DNA of 63,410 nt, filler included, from Octopus bimaculoides (lineage: Eukaryota), in the NCBI RefSeq assembly GCF_001194135.2. It is 10 parts of 10 records of this genome, joined end to end, with 100 filler letters (N's around TTAATTAATTAA, not from the genome) between each part and the next. Parts side by side here need not be neighbours in the genome. Positions count along the whole stretch, not along the records: positions 33,303 to 45,520 come from NC_069010.1; positions 45,621 to 49,132 come from NC_068987.1; positions 49,233 to 50,555 come from NW_026377251.1; positions 50,656 to 60,390 come from NC_068983.1; 6 more parts are not named here. One strand, given 5' to 3'. This document shows positions 40,925 through 51,717 of the stretch, piece after piece; within the stretch, counting starts at the first letter, position 1; each line of letters starts with the position of its first letter. Made by a program: the position numbers and the translations under genes. The notes below the pieces were generated by a model. It made no database searches. It was not told the DNA's origin and saw only the letters and a program-made list of their open reading frames with translations.

Positions 40925-41727
40925 AACCATCGGTATGGTTGCGTTTACATTGCACTGGTGCAGGTGCTTTTTACATGGCACCAGCACCCATGAATCTGCA
41001 AGGTTAGAAATGTTTGACTGGAGAGGGATGCAGGGGACATGCCTGTATGCAAGGACAACCATGTACTTACTTAGGTCGACATGTCTTCTCGAACACAGCA
41101 AACCGCCAGGAGCCTCAATCCCCTGTCTATCCCCTCCGTGAGTCCCAACGTCTGAAGATCATTTCTCACCACTTCGTCCCATGTCTTCCTGGGTCTACCC
41201 CCTTCCACATGTTCTCTCTACAATTTTCGATCAGCACCTCTTAATGCAACTGTCTTCATTCATACACATTACATGGCCATACCAGAGCAGTCTTCTCTCT
41301 TGCACACTACATCTCATGCCTTGTATACCCATTTTTTTTTTCTCTCAAATCACCTACACTGTTGTATATGCACACAGACATCCCTGTACATGGCTTGTAA
41401 AGCTCTCACTAATCACTCATCAATCCCTAGCTTGTGCATTGCCTACCAGATAAGGGAGCAAGGACCCTGTCAAAGGCTTTCTCCATGTCAACAAAAGTCA
41501 GATACAGAGGTTTATTTTTGGCCAAGCACAAAAGCAAACTGCATCTCATCTAGGCTAACTCTCTCCCTAATCAATTGAGCAACTTTTATCACCTGATCAA
41601 GCAATTTGATGCCTCTGTAATTATTTCTGTCTGGGGCATCACCTTTGCCTTTGTAGAAGTTGACTATGGTGCTGCTACATCAATCATTGGGTATGATTCC
41701 TTCGTGGACAACCTGATTAACTATACG
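40925..41727 (-). mobile_element. RTE-clade LINE, internally deleted, in PEDS1 intron
   Basis: Minus strand gives KGKGDA..RNNYRGIKLLDQVIKV..LIRERVSLDEMQF, D(M)EKAFDRVP..LIW*AMHKLGIDE and RGRPRKTWDEVVRNDLQTLGLTE. Confidence 0.8.
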
Positions 41728-41730
41728 GGT

Positions 41731-41767
<37 letters not shown>

Positions 41768-41980
41768 CAGAGCTAGACATGTACACACCTTGACGTGCAC
41801 ACATACATATACACACACACAGGCACACACTCGCAGCCAGACAGGTACATACCTAAACACATACACACACACATACACATAGACACACACTCACACACAC
41901 ACAATCACACAAGTCTATTGTACGTCAGCCATTCCATCCTTGACGGCCACCACATTGATCTTCCTTTTTTTTTCTTTCAG

Positions 41981-42072
41981 TATTTGGCATCTTGACAGCC
42001 GATTTTCTCAGTGGTCTCGTACATTGGTCTGCAGACACCTGGGGTAGCGTTGATCTACCTGTGATTGGGAAN
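41981..42072 (+). CDS. PEDS1: PEDS1/TMEM189 internal coding exon (equivalent to exon 3); last base and donor fall in the N gap
   Basis: Acceptor TTTTTTTTCTTTCAG|. Translates (I)[29 protein letters not shown](K), the ADFxSGLVHWxADTWGS signature. Visible sequence ends AA at 42071; end at 42072 is inferred (AAG, phase 0, required by the next exon). Confidence 0.93.
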
Positions 42073-42451
42073 NNNNNNNNNNNNNNNNNNNNNNNNNNNN
42101 NNNNNNNNNNNNNNNNNNNNNNNNNNNNNNNNNNNNNNNNNNNNNNNNNNNNNNNNNNNNNNNNNNNNNNNNNNNNNNNNNNNNNNNNNNNNNNNNNNNN
42201 NNNNNNNNNNNNNNNNNNNNNNNNNNNNNNNNNNNNNNNNNNNNNNNNNNNNNNNNNNNNNNNNNNNNNNNNNNNNNNNNNNNNNNNNNNNNNNNNNNNN
42301 NNNNNNNNNNNNNNNNNNNNNNNNNNNNNNNNNNNNNNNNNNNNTGTTACTTGTTCTGTTGGTCTCTCTCTTTGCCAAACTGTTAAGTTATAGGGACATG
42401 AACAAACCAACACAGGTTGTCTAACAGTGGGAGGACACACACACACACACA

Positions 42452-42505
<54 letters not shown>

Positions 42506-43306
42506 AATATATCCAAATTGAAGGAATAGAGCAGGTAAAATTTTGGTTACATATGTTTCATAGCTAGCAGAATCTCAGAAGTAATAATTACTCAATGAGG
42601 GGTACTCAGCCAGGTACACACCAGGCCGAAGATACCTCAGTCAAATGAAAGTTACATTGTCGTGCAGGGATCCCAATTAAACCCACTGGAGAGGGTTTTT
42701 ATTTGCATACCCAGCTGCTAACCATGAACTAAAAAATAATTTTCTTTTAGCTTTATTGAACTTTGATATGGGGGAAAAACTTATGCTCAGGTTGACCAAA
42801 ACCTTGTAGAGGAGAAACTAAAAGAAGCCCATTGTATGTGTGTGTTTGATCCCCACCTCTGCTTGACAGCTGGTGCTGGTGTGTTTATATTGCTGCAACT
42901 TAGCAGTTTGGCAAGAGAGATGAATAAAATGAGTGCCAAGCTTTAAAAAGTTAGTGCTTGTGTCAGTTCATTCAACTAAAATATTTCTTCTAGGTGGTGC
43001 TCCAGCATGGCTGCAGTCTTATGACTGAAATAAGTAAAAAATGAAAGACACACACACACCCACACACACACTATATGTGTGTATATGAGCGAACATGTTA
43101 CAATGAAGAAGAGAAATTTGAAAAGACAACACGAAACCGGTTATTTCTCAAAATACAATATTTATATACCAAAAAGATTTTATAACATTTTTTCTGACAT
43201 AATTTAGATATATACTTTAACCATGTAACACAAGCCTTCTGTAGTTTTTTCACTCTTATTATCTTTTATACATCCAACCACGTGCTTTCACTTACCAACT
43301 TTCTCA

Positions 43307-43346
<40 letters not shown>

Positions 43347-43347
<1 letters not shown>

Positions 43348-43451
43348 CTCGAAACGTCAAAGACTTTCTCTATTCCCGAGCGTTAAACTAATACATCCAT
43401 TTGTTGTTTGCACCACCTGTCTTCGTCTGTTGTTTTTTTTCGTAAATTCTC

Positions 43452-43453
<2 letters not shown>
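43347..43453 (+). mobile_element. Short element embedded in (TA)n, beginning with the 3' half of a hammerhead
   Basis: GCTCGAAACGTCAAAG at the start; homologous to the reverse complement of 26725-26852; (TA)n on both sides. Confidence 0.6.
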
Positions 43454-43485
<32 letters not shown>

Positions 43486-43699
43486 TGTAAACTGGAATTT
43501 ATTAACCTGGAAATTCGTCCTTTAATTTAATTGTATAAATTCATGCCTGTGGTCTATTACAGTTTTTTCTCTTGGCTCGTCCTGTTTTTCTGTCTTGTGT
43601 GGATCCCATCTTGTATGAAAACAAAACAGAATGACTCATAAAGCTGACAAACGTAACTCTCTGTGTCTCTCTCTATCGTTTTGTATTGTCCCTTTGCAG

Positions 43700-43918
43700 G
43701 CCTTTATCCGCCCATTTCGTGAACATCACATTGATCCTACATCGATCACCAGGCATGACTTTATCGAGACCAATGGAGACACATTTGCCGTCACAATTCC
43801 GTTCATGCTCCACATGTCTTTTAAGTTCACTCATTTCACCTACGACCAAATTAGGGACACATACAACTGGGAGTGCTATATATTCTTACTAGCTGTGTTT
43901 GTTAGCATGACAAATCAG
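43700..43918 (+). CDS. PEDS1: PEDS1/TMEM189 internal coding exon, 219 nt, phase 0-0
   Basis: Acceptor CCCTTTGCAG| and donor CAG|GTAGGT. Translates AFIRPFREHHIDPTSITRHDFIETNGDTFAVTIPFMLHMSFKFTHFTYDQIRDTYNWECYIFLLAVFVSMTNQ, containing the FREHHxDPxxITRHDFIETNG motif of the TMEM189_B_dmain/Kua/CarF family. Confidence 0.96.
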
Positions 43919-44892
43919 GTAGGTTGGTATTGGTGTTGGTCACGCAATGCTGCCAACGCCATTTTTTTCTTTTTCTTTCCTTTCATTTTTTTTTTCTTAT
44001 TCGTGTAGGAAGTGTTATGATTTATGAGAGTGAGGCATGGATAATGAATTGAATATTAATAATCTTAAATTGTGATTGTGAAGGCATGTGACCTGGTGGG
44101 TTATAAGTTGTTGCGCTAATGATCGCAAGATTGTGTGTTCAATTCTCAGACTGTGCAGTGTGTCGTGTTCTTGAGCAAGACACTTCATTTCACATTGTTC
44201 CAGTCTCCCCTTTGATCAGGGGTCACTGTTGGCCTACTTTCCTAACCAGTGGGATGGCATCATTTGTAAACTAAAACAATGCAAAGCACATTGTAACCAA
44301 TGTTAGTCTATTTGGTCATGTGATCACGTGAAATTGTAATTAGGCTTAAAATTTGATGAGCAAAAATTTTTATTGCATCAAATTATTTTAATAATCATAA
44401 ATTTCAATAACCTTAAAGTCTGATAATTTAAAATTAATCATCATCATCATCATCATCGTTTAATGTCCGCTTTCCATGTTAGCATGGGTTGGACGATTTG
44501 ACTGAGGACTGGTGAAACCGGATGGCTACACCAGGCTCCAATCTGATTTGGCAGAGTTTCTACAGCTCGATGCCAACCACTCACCTTTGATAATATTAAA
44601 TCATTCTTTTGTCCTCATCTTGGTTTCAGCCAGATTCTGTGACCATCCTGGAAGAATAATAATAATAATAATAATAATCCTTTTTACTAAAGGCACAAGG
44701 CCTGAAAGTTTGGGGGAGGGATTAAGTTGATTACATCAACCTCAGTGTTTCACCAGTAATTAATTTACCAAACCCCAAAAGGATGAAAGACAAAGTCAAC
44801 CTCGGTCAGAATTTGAACTCAGAATGTGAAGACGGACAAAACACCGCTAAGCATTTTGCCTGGCTTGCTAACAATTCTGCCAGCTCACTGCC

Positions 44893-44894
<2 letters not shown>

Positions 44895-44950
<56 letters not shown>

Positions 44951-45011
44951 TAATAATAATGATAATAATAATGATAATAAAAATAATGATAATAAAAATA
45001 ATGATAATAAA

Positions 45012-45058
<47 letters not shown>
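44895..45058. repeat. (AAT)n microsatellite with GAT/AAA variants
   Basis: Read directly from the sequence. Confidence 0.95.
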
Positions 45059-45067
<9 letters not shown>

Positions 45068-45068
<1 letters not shown>

Positions 45069-45502
45069 TTCTGCTTAATACCACAGATTTGCTTGTCAGT
45101 TGTTTGACTGTAACCAGTTGAGCATGTCCCTTGGTGGGTGAGGATATGTGCATCTCTGATCATGAACAGAAGTAGTGGGGGAGCATGTGTTGAGAGGAAT
45201 TCTTTGGGGTTTGAATAATTCACTTTTGGAAACATGGGTGTTTTGCTCAACTTCCTTAAACAAACCTTATTCAGGGAGCTTTTGAGCAGGATGGGCTACT
45301 CAACCCAAAGAAAATTCTGACTGGGCCCCACCTGCGAGGTCATGCGCTGTTTATCTTGATATGAGATCACCATGTCGCACACATATGGTTGTGATGCATG
45401 TGCCTGGTGTACCCTTATCAGACGGGTAGTCATGATGGGTAGAATGGGCTTCGTATATTTTACCCCAGTGTCACTTTGATGGCATGCATTGCTCTCTCAC
45501 TC
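45068..45502 (+). mobile_element. Family E non-coding interspersed element flanked by (AAT)n
   Basis: About 430 nt between (AAT)n 44895-45058 and (AAT)n 45503-45520. A homologous rearranged copy lies at 38795-39057. Confidence 0.65.
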
Positions 45503-46312
45503 AATAATAATAATAATAATNNNNNNNNNNNNNNNNNNNNNNNNNNNNNNNNNNNNNNNNNNNNTTAATTAATTAANNNNNNNNNNNNNNNNNNNNNNNN
45601 NNNNNNNNNNNNNNNNNNNNATATATATATATATATATATATATACAAACATATTTCATATACACAGTATAAAGATAAGAGGTATTAATTGTTTCTTACT
45701 GTTGATACACGTGGCTTGGCAGATACCTTATGTCTTGCTTATAAAAAATTATCGGTCTTCAATCATTACATTGTTGATATGTAGAGAATATTAGGAAAGC
45801 GTATAAGTGTTATCTGTACCATAAACACTTAAAAGAGAAAATAGGTTCGATTATAAAAATGTCGAATTCTTCGTAGGTTAGTTTATTGACAGACGTGATT
45901 TCAGCACAAAATAAGAATGTATGTAACTTAATACCGCAAGATATTTTATCTAACGCGACCACTCTCCTGTTAATAAAGAACTTATTGTGTACCAAGAAAT
46001 ATTATCTACGCATGTAGCTAATACTTCAATCTATATAGCATAAATAATGTTGTTATTGTCAGCAGTGTGCCTGCATTGCTTCCATTGCTTCCATGGACGC
46101 ACAGTGTTGTCAATATCCATTAAGACGAAACTATGAAGTCCAGTGTTCTAGATTTGCTTCGCTAATGGGGCAGTTATTTACCCAGTCAGTATATATAAAT
46201 GTGCTTTTACGCTGCTATAAGTCGTATAACTATTCTTTCTAGCAATATATATGCTTCAAGAACACGCAGTCACAATTAATGACTATAGATAGATAGATAG
46301 ATAGATAGATAG

Positions 46313-46849
46313 AAAGATACATTTCTTTTATTAGCCACACAGGGCTCAACGAAGATGGGACAAATACAATGTAGAGCTTTTCTTTTTGGGAGGGGGGAGG
46401 AAGAAAAAAAAAAGGGGGTGGTATCGATCAAAAGGGATCGTAGGAAGGGAAAAAGGGGAGTTCGATCAAAAGGGATCGAGAAAAAAATAAAAAAGGAAAA
46501 AAAAAGGCCGATCAACAGGGATCGTGTATCACACAGTAATGTTCTCGTGTAAAAAGATGGGAGAACAATTTAGGTTTAGCCGTGGAAAGAAAAGCCTACG
46601 GAAAAGACCACGGTAACCTTGGTCAATATTCTCATTGAAGAAACTATAACAGTAAGTGACTCTCTTTTGCCTTTTTGTTTTTTATTCTTTCTTGGATTTT
46701 TTTTTTTTTTAGTTCATAGGGTTATGCTCAAGATGGCTCCGTCGTTCACACGTGCCATCCTTGCTACATTCACCCATCTTTTTTTGAAGCATTCACTAGA
46801 CAAGACTTCCCTTTCTACTCTCACCTTCCTCTTCAGGTGATTCTTGAAG

Positions 46850-46851
<2 letters not shown>
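46313..46851 (-). mobile_element. 5'-truncated LINE 3' end, probably Tx1/L1 clade
   Basis: Frame 46851-46714: FFKNHLKRKVRVEREVLSSECFKKRWVNVARMARVNDGAILSITL*, resembling Tx1 ORF2 C-termini. About 400-nt 3' UTR ending AATAAAGAAATGTATCTTT; (GATA)n on both sides. Confidence 0.65.
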
Positions 46852-46918
<67 letters not shown>

Positions 46919-48262
46919 TATTTAATAAACACAATATATACTTTTATGAGTTAATAATAGTTTCATATTATGAAAATATTTCTGACACCATGTTATAACA
47001 CGTCTGGTGCCTTCCCGCGTACTTCAGGTGCTGCCCATGACATAATAAGCTAAGACAGGGCGATAGCATAAGAGAAAAGGCGAGATGTAAAGGGTGTAAC
47101 GTTGAAAGCTCTGAAAAAAAAAGACAAAAACAAATTGGAAAAAAGAAATAAGGGGAGTATTAGTTATGTCCCCATTGACTCTAAGGTCGTAAGGCTGAAT
47201 GGATAGGAACCGAGAGTTTACAGAACAGCTGTTCAATGTGCAGAGGGTGGCAGTTACCAATTCGTCAATAGGAACTTATGCATACGTGCATATATTTACA
47301 GACACTGAAACTTTCAGATCTGGAATTCTGTAGTGCAGTAGTTCTTAATTCTGATTTTACACCTATTTTCTACTTGATTGCATATATCATGGCGTTAGAC
47401 GTCCGGTATTTTCAAACGTCCACCTTTTACATCAACTTCTTTTTCGCCCTTTTTGTCGCATTTCCTCTCATCCTTCCAGCCTGTTTTAAATCTTTATGTC
47501 AAATGGGCAAAGTTTGAAATTTGCACAAGATGTGTTATGAAATACTGAATTGTTTTCATCACATAAACCGTTAGTTGCTCCTAAAAACAGTGTTTATTAA
47601 ATAACATTTATNNNNNNNNNNNNNNNNNNNNNNNNNNNNNNNNNNNNNNNNNNNNNNNNNNNNNNNNNNNNNNNNNNNNNNNNNNNNNNNNNNNNNNNNN
47701 NNNNNNNNNNNNNNNNNNNNNNNNNNNNNNNNNNNNNNNNNNNNNNNNNNNNNNNNNNNNNNNNNNNNNNNNNNNNNNNNNNNNNNNNNNNNNNNNNNNN
47801 NNNNNNNNNNNNNNNNNNNNNNNNNNNNNNNNNNNNNNNNNNNNNNNNNNNNNNNNNNNNNNNNNNNNNNNNNNNNNNNNNNNNNNNNNNNNNNNNNNNN
47901 NNNNNNNNNNNNNNNNNNNNNNNNNNNNNNNNNNNNNNNNNNNNNNNNNNNNNNNNNNNNNNNNNNNNNNNNNNNNNNNNNNNNNNNNNNATATTGAGAA
48001 AAATGTTAAAATTTTGATTAAAAAATGTTTTTATTTCTTCATTATATTAACGCTTTCGTTCGTTTCTGGAACTTATGAAATAGTTTTGTGAATGTACGAA
48101 CAGCTTATTCATTTATATACAACAGTTGTTTTTTGGGGGAGTTTGTTAAGAAGAGAACATTACTTTTGTTTTTTGGTGTAAGATTCCATTGACAATGGAG
48201 ATGGATAGATAGAAATATAGGTAGGTAGGTAGGCTGTTAGATAGCTAGATAGATAGATAGAC

Positions 48263-48321
<59 letters not shown>

Positions 48322-48780
48322 AATAAATAAATAGTGAATAGGAAGGGGGATCCCCCTTCTCTCCCTCCCTCTCTCAACTTATCTATTCATCTGCCTGACT
48401 ATCCATCTATCTATCCATCTGTCTATCTATCTATCAGCCTATCTACCTACATATATTTCTATCTATTCATCTCCATTTTCGATGAAACCTACCCCACTTC
48501 AAAAAAGAACAATGTCCTCTTCTTCTTAACACACCTTCCCCACCAAAAAAATGCATTTTATAACTGAACAAGCTGTTTGTACATTTACAAAACTATTTGA
48601 CAAGTTCGAGAAGCGAACGGAAGCGCTAATAATAATGAAGAAATAAAAAGATTTTTTTCCCAAATTCTGACGATCTTTTCTCAATATTCAATTTCTGTAC
48701 ATCACACCTAACACTCAATGTTTGTGTGTGTGTGTATGCATACATGTAGGCATATACATGTTTACATATGTATACATATT

Positions 48781-49131
48781 GAGGCGCAATGGCCCAGGGG
48801 TTAGGGCAGCGGACTCACGTTCGTGGGATCGCAGTTTCGATACGCAGACCGGGAGTTGTAAGTGTTTATTGAGCGAAAACACCTAAAGCTCCACAAGGCT
48901 CCGCCAGTAGGTGGTGGGGAACCCTGCTGTACTCATTCGCCACAACTTTCTCTCACTCATTCTTCCTGTTTCTGTTGTACCTGTACTTCGAAGAGCTGGC
49001 CTTGTCAAACACTGTGTCACGGTGAATCTCCCCGAGAAATACGTTATGAGTACACGTGTCTGTGGAGTGCTCAGTCACTTACACGTTAATTTCATGAGCT
49101 CGCTGTTCCGTTGATAGTAACAACTGGAAAA
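48781..49131 (+). mobile_element. SINE family B1 copy, 3' end cut by gap
   Basis: Colinear with 28368-28749 in the opposite orientation. Confidence 0.85.
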
Positions 49132-50655
49132 TNNNNNNNNNNNNNNNNNNNNNNNNNNNNNNNNNNNNNNNNNNNNTTAATTAATTAANNNNNNNNNNNN
49201 NNNNNNNNNNNNNNNNNNNNNNNNNNNNNNNNCACACACACACACAGTCTTAAGACTGTCGTACTAAAAAGAATAAAGTTATTGTTTTCATAAGTCAATA
49301 TTTCATTATTTGACTTATTTATAATATTTATTCATATTTATTGAAAATATAGATTTACCGAAGGCAAAAGATTAATATGGTCGAACTTATATAAACAACA
49401 TTATATCTTGAACTTGAACTTACACTCAGACACAAATACATACACACACACACNNNNNNNNNNCACACACACACATCCTAAATTGGTGACTTACATATAT
49501 ACAGATTGATACAAACCACACACACATGCACACACACACACAATATAGTTTTCTCTTTCACTTTTTGTTTCAGTCATTGTAGAAANNNNNNNNNNNNNNN
49601 NNNNNNNNNNNNNNNNNNNNNNNNNNNNNNNNNNNNNNNNNNNNNNNNNNNNNNNNNNNNNNNNNNNNNNNNNNNNNNNNNNNNNNNNNNNNNNNNNNNN
49701 NNNNNNNNNNNNNNNNNNNNNNNNNNNNNNNNNNNNNNNNNNNNNNNNNNNNNNNNNNNNNNNNNNNNNNNNNNNNNGATCTGACCTCTCATACTTACCC
49801 TACAATGTCATTCTAAAATTAAACAATCATATCATTTAAATCTCAAAGCCACAAGAAAACGCATGATTACTCGAAACTAATGTGAATAAATAAATATTAC
49901 ATTTGAGAGAGAAATGAGAATGCTAAAGGGTTAAATATTTGATTTTAGGAATTTTGCTTTTTTGGAAAAATTTTTGGATATGAATTGCACATGTCTTTGT
50001 CAAGTCTTCTGTCAATTGTGCCTTTCACTGTCAACACTATTACACCGAGGAAGTGTCAACTGGCTTTCATCACAAGTCCACACCAGCACAGTCACATCAA
50101 CCCTTGTACACATTAACTAAAATTCAAGAGGTGTGAGGACTTTCAGGTTGTGCAATGAATGAAGTAATCTGTGGTGGATGCACATGTAGTTACACACATA
50201 CACACACACAATCTTAACTGTGGTGGTAGTGGGTAAAATGTTAATTAGTTGATGATTGGTGAGTGACTTCTCTTGCAATATTTTCGCAAGCAGTGCTGTG
50301 GATAAACCAGATGAGTGAGGTGGGATGGAGGTGGGGGTCACAGCTTTTGGTTGTGTGAGGAATGTGAGACGAAATACTGAGCCTATGAGATTGATTTTGG
50401 TGATCTGGTTAGCTGTCTAAGATGGGTTGGGATGCAACACAACTGCTGTGAGGATAAGCAGGGCAGAAAACACGTAGAGCTCGAGTTAGTTAGCAGAACA
50501 AAGTACAAGAGGGTAGAGAGGCAGTATTGTTATGTTACAACAGGATGTGCATTGANNNNNNNNNNNNNNNNNNNNNNNNNNNNNNNNNNNNNNNNNNNNT
50601 TAATTAATTAANNNNNNNNNNNNNNNNNNNNNNNNNNNNNNNNNNNNNNNNNNNN

Positions 50656-51397
50656 TTTTTGGTAGACTTCGCCGTGTGCTTAGAGTTGTTATCCTGTTGT
50701 AAAACCCACCCTTCACAAAGCTGGAGCTTTTCTATAGAGTCCCATAAATTATTGTTCAAAATATTTTGGTACATCTCTGCATTCATTCTACCATCTATCA
50801 CATGTAAATTGCCAGTGCCATTTGCAGAGAAACACCCCTACACAATTTTGTTGCCGCCTCCGAACTTTACAGTAGGAATTGTGGCTTATGGCGAATAGGT
50901 GGTACCATCATTCCTCCAAACATGGCTACACGAATTTCGTCCAAACAATTCAATTTTTGACTCGTCTGTCCGAAGAAAATTTTCTCAGTATGTATCAGGT
51001 CTATCTTTATGTTCATAAACAAATTTTAAACGGGCATCTTTATGCCTTTTAGTCAACAGTGGAGTTTTTCTAGGAGAGCATGACTTCAGTTCATTCCTAT
51101 GAAGTTCATTGCTGATTGTTCATAGTGTAACACTAGTCCCTGAAGCTAACAAATCTTCTTGCAACTCCTTTCTGGTGATCATTGCGTTTTTTTCGATACT
51201 TTACTTCAGTTTTCTTAAAGATCTAGGGGAAATCTTGCATGGTGCACTGGATCTTATTCTGCTTTCAACAGTTCCTGATTTTTTATATTTTTGAATAAAT
51301 GAAGATATGGTAGAAAATGGAATACAAAGGGTCTCTGATAGTTTCGTGTAACTTTTACCTGCTTTCCACTGTTCAGTAATTAAGTTTTTCACTGAAN
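50656..51397 (-). mobile_element. Tc1-family transposase remnant
   Basis: KAGKSYTKLSETLCIPFSTISSFIQKY (HTH); WTDESKIELFG; TVKFGGGN; IDGRMNAEMYQNIL; WVLQQDNNSKHTAKST. Contains stops and frameshifts. Confidence 0.88.
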
Positions 51398-51657
51398 NNN
51401 NNNNNNNNNNNNNNNNNNNNNNNNNNNNNNNNNNNNNNNNNNNNNNNNNNNNNNNNNNNNNNNNNNNNNNNNNNNNNNNNNNNNNNNNNNNNNNNNATAT
51501 ATGTATGTATGTATGTATTTGTCTTTCAGTTGAAAAATTGCTAACAAGCCTCCCTTGTTATTTATAAGTTACACCTTTATCATTAATGAAATCCATGTAT
51601 GATTTCTATAGTCATCTTATAAACTGCCAGTGCGAGTTGCATTCAACCCAAAGTGCT

Positions 51658-51717
51658 TGTTAGAATAGCTGATGAGCATTAATCTAAATGCGAAATCACT
51701 GGTGATATTGCTATACA
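51658..51717 (+). ncRNA. Candidate type I hammerhead ribozyme
   Basis: CUGAUGA 51669-75; stem II GCAUU/AAUGC (51676-80/51687-91) with loop AAUCUA; GAAA 51692-95; stem III AUCAC/GUGAU; AUA triplet with cleavage after 51707; weak bulged stem I. Confidence 0.6.

Noticed and set aside
43631-44008. Full 125-aa ORF as a single CDS
   Set aside because: Only 43700-43918 is exon; flanks are intronic read-through past clear splice sites.
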